Under the pieces are notes generated by a model. It did not search any database. It worked only from the letters and a program-made list of their open reading frames with translations, and was not told the DNA's origin. A stretch of DNA of 63,990 nucleotides, filler included, from Reticulomyxa filosa (Eukaryota > Protista > Foraminifera): NCBI GenBank assembly GCA_000512085.1. It is 23 parts of 23 records of this genome, joined end to end, with 100 filler letters (N's around TTAATTAATTAA, not from the genome) between each part and the next. Parts side by side here need not be neighbours in the genome. Positions count along the whole stretch, not along the records: positions 1 to 6,003 come from ASPP01004233.1; positions 6,104 to 10,200 come from ASPP01024843.1; 21 more parts are not named here. One strand, 5' to 3'. Positions within the stretch are counted from its first letter, which is position 1; every line of letters starts with the position of its first letter. The position numbers and the translations under genes are program-made. Of this stretch, positions 1 to 9,425 are shown piece by piece.

Positions 1-68
1 AAAAAAAAAAAAACTTAGCAACTCAATTAATTAAAATAGTTGTTAACACAGAAAATTATTATCCAGGA

Positions 69-895
69 ATGGGAAATAGAGGGACAAAGGGAGTGCCCCA
101 ATCAAAAGAAGGGACATTGGCAGTGAAATGCAATCGGGGGTCGACTATGCCATTGGAAAAAGAAGAGAACAAAGGGTTTAAAAGTTTGCCGACGTTGCCT
201 TTGGCGATGTATCAAAGCCAAAGTGTGTTGGTGTTTGACTCGGAGATTGCGTTGTGCGGGAGACGAATGAACAGCGAGTGTTACTCATATCACACACAAA
301 GACAAGAATATAAGCGAATCGGGAGTTACCCAAAAGAGGTTCAATTATTGGGCCACTGTGTGATCGCATGCGACACGAAAGAGACAAAAGAGCCATATGC
401 GTTGTTGTTATCATTTGGAGGACGACTGTCACATACATTGTTAATGAAGTACAAGAGTGTGTGGACATCCAATAATAATAACAATGATAATGACAATGAT
501 AATGACAATGATGATAATGATGAGAATGAGAAATGGAATGAATGGATTGATCTGAAATGGATCGGTGATGACAAAAGAGAAGAAGAAAACTGGAGCAAAT
601 GTCGAGGGGCATTGGGCGGGAGAAATAAGGACTTGTTATTCGTGGCGCACTATCCGAGCACGATCGATGTGATCCGCGTGAACACGCACGAGCGTACATT
701 ACAATATGTGTGCAACTTCCATCTGCCGACCATGGCCAATCATTGGTGCGAGTGTTTCCTCGCATTGCATGTTAGCAATGAGATAGAAAGTCAACGAGAG
801 AACAGTACAAATAGCAATCATAGCAATCATAGTAATTACAGCAATTGCAATAGCAATGAATTCGAAAGCAAGTTTCTTTATATCGACAAAAAAAA
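69..895 (+). CDS. Divergent Kelch/beta-propeller-like region, possibly the N-terminal part of the downstream SecA-like/vWA protein
   Basis: ORF 69..977 has propeller-like segments (FKSLPTLP...EIALCG...CYSYH...YKRIGSYP...GHCVI; LLSFGG; DLLFVAHYPSTIDVI) and N/D-rich inserts. It overlaps the next ORF across an A8 run at 888-895. Confidence 0.55.
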
Positions 896-2622
896 TCAAA
901 ATTGGATACAAAGAACAAGATGGTATTTCTTACAATATTCGATATGGTTACAAGACTTTATTTGCGTATTATCATGAAAATGCACAAAATAAAATAAGTG
1001 CTGAAAGTTTAAAAAACAATATATTCCTTTCATTTCAAATTGGTAGTTTCTCGTATGCCATGGTTCCTGAGAGATTCTATTGCATTATGGGTGTTAGTGG
1101 GACATTGGAGACATTGAGTGCAATTGAACAAGGAGTAGTGGAGAAAGAGTATCATATTTCCAAACATACTTATATGCCATCTTTATTCGGCAAGAATCAA
1201 CTCGCCTTTGCAGAAAAAGCAGACATTTTCATTGTGAATGAAAGTGATTATTTCATTACTCTTAAAAAAGAAATTGACGATCGGCTTGTTGGAAAAACAC
1301 AAGGAACAAAGCGAGCTGTATTGGTGTTCTTCGAAACCAAAAAACAATTGATGGAATTTTATGGATCACCAAATTTTGCTGAGATTAAAGATGATACAAT
1401 TGTAATGACTGAAGAAAATTCATTCGCAGAGAAAGAATCTCTCATCAAGCGTGCTACCAGTTCTGGTCAAGTGGGATTGTTCACCAAAGTATTTGGACGA
1501 GGAACTGACTTTGTTTGTCGTGATCAAATTGTATCTTCCAATGGTGGACCACATGTGATTCAAACCTTTCTTTCTGAAGAGTTGTCTGAGGAAGTGCAAA
1601 TTAAAGGGCGTACTGCCAGACAAGGAGGATCTGGTTCTTACAGTTTAGTATTGTGTGATAAATCACTTGAGAAATTTTCAAGCAAAATAGAAATAGAAAA
1701 TGCACGTAACGCGGGTAATTTTTATCCAATGCTCAATGCAAAGCGAGGTGAATTCTTCAAAACGCAATACACTGAGAATAAAAAATATGTAAAATATGCT
1801 GCAAAAGAGCATGAAACGAGTGAAAAATTGATTGCATCTGTGAAAAAAGGACTTGCAAGTACAGCAAAGAAATTATTATGTGAGCGAAACAAAGGAGTGG
1901 AAGAGAGAAAATCTTCACGTACAGTGGTACTTATGGATGCAACTGGATCCATGGAGCATTTATTGCAAAAAGCAAAAAACACAGTTTGCACTATGTTTGA
2001 TCGAATTTCAACTATTTTGAAGGATAAGGAATTACCTCCCGATTGTTTTGAAATGCAGTTTGTAGTGTATCGCAATTACAATGCACCTGAAGATATGATT
2101 TTACAAGCTTCTCCCTGGGAATCAAAACCTGATAATTTGCGTAAGTTTATGGAGACTATTTGTGCAGGTTATGGACTGGGAAATGAAGCTATTGAAATTG
2201 GGCTTGCTTATGTCAATACACAAGTCAAAGAAATGGAGATTTCACAAGTTATTTTGATTGGAGACATGCCACCAAATAAAAGACAGGAAGTGCAAAAGAG
2301 AAGACAGATCAAAGGAGAAAACTATTGGAAAGGCACAAAATTCCCTATTCCCACTTACTATAAGAAAGAACTCGGTTCCTTGAAAAAAAATAACATCACT
2401 GTGCATGCCTTCTATGTGAATGAACAAGCAAAAGGACATTTTGAAGCGATAGCCCGTACTTCAGGTGGTAAATGTGTAGAATTACAAATTAATTCAGATG
2501 AAGGTTCAGAGCAATTAACTGGTGTTGTCTCTACGACAATTCTTAAACACGCTGGTGGATCGAGAGGTGATGAGCTTGTTGAGGCTTATAGAGCCAAATT
2601 TGCTCCGAAATTACATATTTGA
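856..2622 (+). CDS. SecA-like SF2 ATPase/helicase C-terminal lobe fused to a vWA (MIDAS) domain
   Basis: SecA-like motifs: GVSGT (cf. GMTGT), FGRGTDF (cf. AGRGTDI) and QIKGRTARQGGSGS (cf. QLRGRAGRQGDPGS). These are followed by vWA motifs VVLMDATGSM, NEAIEIGL and VILIGDMPPN. The 588-aa ORF is intron-free and ends in TGA. No Walker A or DEAD-type motif is present. Confidence 0.8.
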   Translation: MNSKASFFISTKKIKIGYKEQDGISYNIRYGYKTLFAYYHENAQNKISAESLKNNIFLSFQIGSFSYAMVPERFYCIMGVSGTLETLSAIEQGVVEKEYHISKHTYMPSLFGKNQLAFAEKADIFIVNESDYFITLKKEIDDRLVGKTQGTKRAVLVFFETKKQLMEFYGSPNFAEIKDDTIVMTEENSFAEKESLIKRATSSGQVGLFTKVFGRGTDFVCRDQIVSSNGGPHVIQTFLSEELSEEVQIKGRTARQGGSGSYSLVLCDKSLEKFSSKIEIENARNAGNFYPMLNAKRGEFFKTQYTENKKYVKYAAKEHETSEKLIASVKKGLASTAKKLLCERNKGVEERKSSRTVVLMDATGSMEHLLQKAKNTVCTMFDRISTILKDKELPPDCFEMQFVVYRNYNAPEDMILQASPWESKPDNLRKFMETICAGYGLGNEAIEIGLAYVNTQVKEMEISQVILIGDMPPNKRQEVQKRRQIKGENYWKGTKFPIPTYYKKELGSLKKNNITVHAFYVNEQAKGHFEAIARTSGGKCVELQINSDEGSEQLTGVVSTTILKHAGGSRGDELVEAYRAKFAPKLHI

Positions 2623-2838
2623 TGATTACTTTAAAGCAAGTGAAAGGAGCAGTATCACTCAAACGTTTTGAGCCAAAATGGACATTACGTGGATAAAACT
2701 GATTTGCTTTTTTTTCAAATCCAATGTTCTAGTTATTTTTTTTAGAATAGTGTAAGCGGTTATTTTTTGCGGTCATAGAAACAAAGTAATTAATTGAATT
2801 AGTACGTTTAAAACACAAAATAAGAAATAAAAAATATT

Positions 2839-4358
2839 TTATTCAGACTTTCTTTGTTGAAAAATGATATCATAATCGGTAGTGTCTTGACTTTCCACGC
2901 AATAATATTCTCCACTTTTGGTGCTGCGGATATCTGTCCTAATGTCATGTAACATTTGCTTGAATGGATAGCCATTCTTATATTTTGACGTGACAACTTT
3001 ATTCATGCTTTTGCTCAACAATGATAAATCAGCAACTTTGTGTCCTTTTGTAGTTGACCAAATGATTAAAAATCCATCATCTCTGTGGCCCCATACAGTT
3101 TTGTTTCCTCGCATTGTAAGCTCATATGATTTTGGAATATTTTTATCATGACAAGCGTCAATGATAAAAATCTTAGGTAAATCTTTAAATGATTCCATTT
3201 CACTACAATTAAACGATGATTGTATTTTATCAATTGATACCTGTTTTCCATCGCTTGCCACTAATATATTTCCATCCTCGCCATGCCCACAAATAATCAT
3301 AATCAATCCATCATATTGTTTTTCATTAGTACGAAGTTCAAAATCAACAAATAATCGATTATAAATTTTTGTACATCTTGTTTTGTCATTTTTGTAGATG
3401 AATTGCATACAACATCATAATTCAATTCTTCTTCAAATAATTGCTTGAAATTTATAACATCCTTTTCTTTCACATTTGGAAGATTACTCCATGTTTTATT
3501 ATCTATATATTCACTTATGTCAATCATTCACCAATGCATTTTTAATGGTTTTTGTTTCCCAATTATTATTAATTGTTGAAACGAAGTCCAAATAATTGTA
3601 AATGTAGGCTCCTTACTTTCAAATTCTTTTATCACATCTTTATCTGATTCAACAATATTATCATTCATATTAACTAATTGCAGTTTCATATTTTCTTTGT
3701 TTTTCTTTTGAAAATCTTTTGATTCCAAACAATAACAACTTTGACAAAAAAGTTCTTTAAATGTCAGTTCCTTCATTTTTATTAATTTTTTTCTTCCATC
3801 AACTATCACATATGCTGTCAACTATTTATATTTGCTATCAGTATTCAATCAAAAATAATATTGAAAGAATACGCAATAATTAACTTCATCTTCTTTTTTG
3901 TCTTGATCAGGTATAACAAAATAAAAATAAGTGTCAATGGAAAAACGAATAGAATTAATATCATCTTTTGTGATTCCATTCTTCCATTTGCATTCACTTA
4001 ACAGCCATATTCCAAATTGTTCATTTGTCATTGTTTTAAACTTTTCAATAATCTCTGTTTTATCTTTTTGTTCTCTTTGGTTCCACCATTTCATCCATTT
4101 TTTGTTTTTTTCCTATTTTTGTTGGTATCTTTTCGAATTGATTCTTTTAACTAAAGAAAAGAACAAAACGTTAACGAAGTGATAATCAATATAAGATTCG
4201 ATTGCAGCATAAATTACAAATATGTTTTCTTCGTTTAAGTCATGTTTCCATTTACTTTGATATAACAACCATGTTGCAAAATCATTAGTTGATAATTGTC
4301 CAAATTTTGAAATAATTTCCTCTTTGTCTTTTTCATTTTTTTCTTTCCACCATTGCAT
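2839..4358 (-). pseudogene. Caspase/paracaspase-like (peptidase C14) gene with tandem N-terminal modules; frameshifted (pseudogene or 454 errors)
   Basis: Catalytic dyad motifs IICGHG (His 3283-3285) and IFIIDACHD (Cys 3151-3153). The first strand (KNALV-MIDISEY) and the DVINFKQLFEEELNY helix lie in neighbouring frames, with frameshifts near 3360 and 3525-3560. Upstream are a ~95-aa domain (3528-3821) and two homologous WW-containing modules (3849-4094, 4113-4358). Confidence 0.75.
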
Positions 4359-4438
4359 CCACTTCTATTTTCATTTACACGGTTACAAATCAACTATCAC
4401 TATATATATAACCACAATTCAAACTCAATACTTAACCT

Positions 4439-4951
4439 TTACATTTTCTTTTTTACTAATTTGTCTGGTTCAGCATCATTTTCCTTTTCTTCTTCTTTTA
4501 CTTTCAATTCATAAATTTTTTTTTGATAGTTTAAAAATAGATTACGAAATTTATAATCTGATCCAATAAAATCATCCAATTCACTTAATACTCTTGCAAT
4601 TTTTATTTTATTTTTTAATGGTTTGGTATTTGTTTCCATAATTGCTAAACCCATCATTTCATCATGTAGATTCCAATATTTTTTTAATTGTTTATCAAAT
4701 TGTTTAATTATATCTTGTGGAAAATATTCAAATATTATTGGATAATCTTTTTGCAATTTCTTCACTTCGGTCAATCGATTCAAAATATTTTCGACTTTTT
4801 CAATCATGTCTGTGGTATCACCTTTATCATCATCATCATTGTTAGAGGCTGCTTCACTTTCAGCAAAGTTCAAAGAATTGCGATGAACGATCGCAACAAC
4901 TCCAGCAATGATAAAAATATTCTCCTTTATAAATATTTCCACCGCAGCCAC
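4439..4951 (-). CDS. Helical hypothetical protein fragment, possibly an upstream exon of the caspase-like gene
   Basis: 170-aa K/E-rich helical ORF on the same strand, ending in an acidic linker (EEEKENDAEPDK) immediately upstream of the repeat modules. Confidence 0.4.
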   Translation of the reverse strand: MAAVEIFIKENIFIIAGVVAIVHRNSLNFAESEAASNNDDDDKGDTTDMIEKVENILNRLTEVKKLQKDYPIIFEYFPQDIIKQFDKQLKKYWNLHDEMMGLAIMETNTKPLKNKIKIARVLSELDDFIGSDYKFRNLFLNYQKKIYELKVKEEEKENDAEPDKLVKKKM

Positions 4952-5424
4952 GACAGTGCCAAGTTGAAATCCAGTTTTCTGTATTTATTTTAACATGTTA
5001 TCCAATCATACTGTCTACGTTTTTCAAAGGTCAAAAAGAGCTTGTTCGGTAAATCGACTTACCAGAGTGATAGTAACAATAAATATAGTAAGAGATACAA
5101 CCCTTCGGGCATCCACTCTTGGTTTCTGAGTAGCTTGTCGTACTCTGTGATCTGTGTTTATTACCCATTTTGTTGTCCATGGCGTAGGATCATCCTTAAA
5201 TGGCATGGACTATCATTAGAAAAACGGGATCTCCTTTCAGTTTACATTTTTTGCATGTTTTTTCCACAAATCCAAGATCACAAGCAGGAAGACTGTCTAA
5301 TTTACTGCAAAGGATCTCTCTAATTTCAATCAATGTGTAGAAGCCAAGTGAATGTCGAAATTTTGCAGGTGATTCTATTGACGTTTTGTACGATATGTTT
5401 AGAGTGTTAAACAGACTTTTTAAC

Positions 5425-5892
5425 CTAAGTACACATGTTACCTTTCATTTGTTGAGGAATATCCGGAGAATGATCCATAACGTCATATCCCAAAATAGGA
5501 AGTTTATTGACAGAAGCACCACCTCCATACGTTTTAATAGCTTCTTTGACACCTTGCGAGCTTTGATCCAAACTATATCCAGGCTTCTTTATTACCACAG
5601 CTACTGATTCCCATACTTTTGAGTGAAAAATACTGATATATTTTGCTTGAGTTTGGATCGTATTTGGCTCTCTTTCATTAGAATTTAAAATCCACAAAAT
5701 CTTTACTTTCTTAATGTTATGTTTATATAAATCCTGTTGAATATCGTTGAGTACTTTCTCATCAGACAGTGTCGATAACAGAAAAACCACCGCCTTTGAA
5801 AACATGTGATTACGAAAAAAAAAGACAAAATGTCTTTGCCATGACTCAAAGCCCTTCGCTACATCTATAAGTAAAAGTAAAAAAAAAATCAT
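5425..5892 (-). pseudogene. Possible degenerate AIG1/GIMAP-like GTPase C-terminal half
   Basis: The pattern DEKVLNDIQQDL..KVKILWILNSNERE..QAKYISIFHSKVWESVAVVIKK resembles the post-G3 region of AIG1-type GTPases. No intact P-loop is seen. Confidence 0.25.
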
Positions 5893-6003
5893 GCAAGAGT
5901 GGCTGCTGTACTTGGAGGAAAGGTGTTGAAGGCAGCCGTAGTACTTGCTGTACTTTCCAAAAGTTCAGGGTATATAATATTTGGCTCAACGCACATTTGG
6001 ACT

Positions 6004-6103
6004 NNNNNNNNNNNNNNNNNNNNNNNNNNNNNNNNNNNNNNNNNNNNTTAATTAATTAANNNNNNNNNNNNNNNNNNNNNNNNNNNNNNNNNNNNNNNNN
6101 NNN
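6004..6103. other. Artificial contig-joining linker (44 N + TTAATTAATTAA + 44 N), first of 22 copies
   Basis: The same 100-nt spacer with six-frame stops occurs at 6004, 10201, 12644, 14980, 16120, 18616, 23193, 24818, 27049, 32220, 34137, 37159, 41766, 44053, 45419, 47205, 49829, 54351, 57215, 59172, 61761 and 62891. Composition and gene content change abruptly across them. Confidence 0.99.
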
Positions 6104-9100
6104 ACCGTTTTCAGTTAGCGTGCAGGCATATCAAAGCTCTTTGGCAGCGGGTCGAATACACGAGTGCTCCGCCATGTTGGAAAAGCTGTCGGGTTATTTT
6201 ACCGACAATGACTTGGAGTCGTATTTGGTGCTGAATAACTCACCACACATCTGGCGATCGCGTGCCTTGCAGATGGACAAACACGTCGCTCCTTTTCTCA
6301 TGCATGTCATGTCGCTTGTCGTCACATTGCGCAAGATCATGTCAATGGAAGTGTGTCTGCGATCGCTGGGTAATATTCTCTATCATTGGTCATATAATCG
6401 ACGATGTGCGGATCTCGCACATGAAATGTTCGACTTTGTTATTGACACGCCTGAAATGCCTTTAACTCGAGACTTTGTGCTGGGATATCTGCTCGCGTAC
6501 AGTGCATTCGACACCTTTGTCGTGTCGCCTTGTCCCGCAATCAATACCATTTTAACGAGATATTTTGGAGAGTTTTTGCAACAAAAGTTTGATCAGCGCA
6601 AACTGGATTTATGGAGCGACAAAGCAAATGGCCGTCTTTTGGAAGAGCAATGCTATCTGCTTATGTTGGAATTGATACAAAAGTATGTTAGTGGTCATTG
6701 TTTTGGTCGAATCAATTCCACCACTAACAATGACAGTGACACTTTATCGAATCAAGAGCTGTTGAATTGCTTGGACAAAATATGGGCGTGTATGATTGTC
6801 GATGGCTATGCACCGACAGTGAAAGCGTATAACTGTCTGTTAGACATTTTATGCAAGACTGATGAAATCATTGAAGCGCTAACCGTGTTCGACAATATGC
6901 TGCAGTCCAATGGTCGGTCTTCGCCAGTGCCGCCCAATGAAACGAGTCTTTTCATTTTATGCGATGCCATGGTCCACCCTCTTATGGTTTCGCATTTTCT
7001 TCAAAGCGATTCCCAACAACAACAACAACGGCAATCATGAAGGCATTCGTTCGAAACTGCTTGCGTTGATTGCACGCCAACAAAGTGCTGTGTGGGTAGC
7101 AGGCCAGGCGATCGGAGAGCAGCTGGCCAAGCTGACAGATCTGTCGAGACCACAATGGATAAACTTGCAAAAGAAATACGCCGACGTCGTCCACGCGAAT
7201 CACCACGAGCCTTTCTTCGGCTTCTTCCCTCGCGTGCCTACCGTCATGGCCTTGGCGCTCAATGAAGTGGAGAAGCTAAGCTCGCACTTGAGCACCACAG
7301 GCGCGCTGCACTTGGAGTCACTCATCCACTCGTATGTGTCCGAACATCTCACCGAGTACAAGCCCGTCTTCAAACTCAAGCCCTATGCTCTTCGCATGCA
7401 GGTGCTGCAACGCATTTGCGACTCCAAGCGTGAGCATGGCATTGATGTAGGCTTCGGAGAGCTTCTTGTAGCCACACTGTGGAAATTCATTCAAGAATTT
7501 GGTATATATATTATATATGTGTATATATGTACATATATGCATATATACATTTACATATATATATTTTTTTTTTTGTGTTCCTTTTTGATTGTTATAAAGG
7601 TATTCAAACAGGCTTACAGCATCAAAGTACTTCAACAGTGTCCTCCAAGTTGGGACCATGTTCCATTGACGACGTGAAGGCATTGTTCACTGCCCAAGCG
7701 GTGCCGGTGTCTCTGTTTGTGGCCAACAACCAGTCGAACCGAGAGCAATGGATTTGGTGGAGTCCAAAGAGGTCGTTTTCGTCTGTCAGCGCCGACAATA
7801 GCAATACCAATGGTAACGGCAATAGCAATAGCAATAGCAATAACAATAGCGCCAGCGTGCAGACGTGGCGAAGCGAGCGCCAAGCGATGCCTTTTGCAAG
7901 TCGCGTGCACGTGCGTCAGATATCGCAGCAAGACACTCGACACGACAGAATGAAGTCGAAAGAGTCTCTCAATAGTCAATGGTGGCAATCGGCCTTTTTT
8001 TTTTTGCGATCGTCATTGATGCCACAGGCTAAAGACGCTCCGCATTTGTCGCGAGCAAAGAAGAACGCCAGCGAAAGCATTTTCTACGAAGCCGTGCCTT
8101 TTCCAAACGCATGGAACTCGAATCAAGAACGAGACTCGTACATTTGGTCATTGTTTGGCGCGGGTGCCAACATGTTTACGAAAATGAATTTGTTGAGAGC
8201 GTTTCAACGTCATCTATCGTGGAAGAGTGCCCCTTTTGTGTTAAAACTGCTGGGCGACGAGCTGCGAGGAGATGTGTATCCAATGACCGGCATTTCCAAA
8301 CACGTGTTTACCACTTCGTTGGAACGTCCGTCGATGACAAAGGCATTGCAGCATCTGTTCTGTCTTTGTCTGGTATTCGAAGAGATGACGCAGCAACAAC
8401 AGCTGTGGAATCTGCTTCCCAAAATACACACCAATGCCTTGGCCTGTCAATTGCACGAGCTCTCTCCTGTTCATTACAGTCAGCATTGCGACGTCCTGTC
8501 GAAAGAGTGGAGTCACTTGACTGTGGCCGACATGGCCGCCATTGTGGCCGCACATGTCCAAGCTTGTCTTCTCACAGATCACGTGTTCCGCAAGGCCTTG
8601 GATACACTGCTCGCTCATCCCAATGGAAACTGCGGAGTCGATGACATGGGCATTGGCGCGGCCATCCGTCTTTTGTATGCGCTTTCTCATTGGAAATTGG
8701 TTCGCTTCAATTGCACTACCAAAGAAAAGGGAGAAGAAGAAGAAAAAGACAATGCTCAAATGATGGAACAACTGCTCGCTCAGACCAATGCTTATGTAAT
8801 CGAACACCCACAGAAATGGAAGGACGGATTCACTCTGGCAATTACGGAAATTGCCCAGAACATGTCAATGTGTGACAATATGAAGATGATTAAACCTGCG
8901 ATGGACTCGAAAGTAACATTGGATAAAAAGTGGACCACGGTGTTGTACTCGCAGTTGAATGGCATGTCCAGTGGTGATATGCTGGTAACCTTGGAGAAGG
9001 CGACACAGACAATGAATCACGACCAACTCGATCGGATAATGGCGAGGGTGTCGTTCCTTCAGTTCAATGATCGCAAAGTGCTCCAACTCTTGACTATCGA

Positions 9101-9425
9101 TGATACGTGTCGGCTGCTGCGTATATTGCTCGCTCTTCCCAAACACACGTCCACGCCAGTGTCCTTTGTGTCTGTCATCAAAGACATTGTTTGTGACAAG
9201 CTTGCCAACTTTGATCCAAATGTCAGTTCTGAAGATGAAATTGGCGTGGATGAACAGCTCGTTGTGTTACTGCACAAGTGCTTGGCTCATTTCGGACTTA
9301 CCAAAGAAACAAAGGCACTCATTCGATTTCAACAAGAGTTTTTATCCAATCATCCCGACTTGGTTCCTCATTGGAAAAAGTTTTATCATCAAATCGAAAC
9401 AGAGTCCTCACATACCAGTAATTGA
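6104..9425 (+). CDS. Large helical-repeat protein with a PPR motif (5'-partial, one frameshift at ~6910-7040, intron 7502-7599)
   Basis: PPR-like repeat PTVKAYNCLLDILCKTDEIIEALTVFDNMLQS. A GT..AG intron at 7502-7599 joins ORF 6910..7677 in frame to ORF 7479..9425 (QEF-G-IQTG). Confidence 0.6.

Noticed and set aside
178-765. His/Cys/Tyr-rich minus-strand ORF
   Set aside because: Antisense of the AAT/GAC microsatellite within the Kelch-like ORF.
856-2622. Calling this a bona fide secA translocase
   Set aside because: It lacks the N-terminal ATP-binding lobe and scaffold/wing domains, carries a vWA domain instead, and sits in a eukaryotic context.
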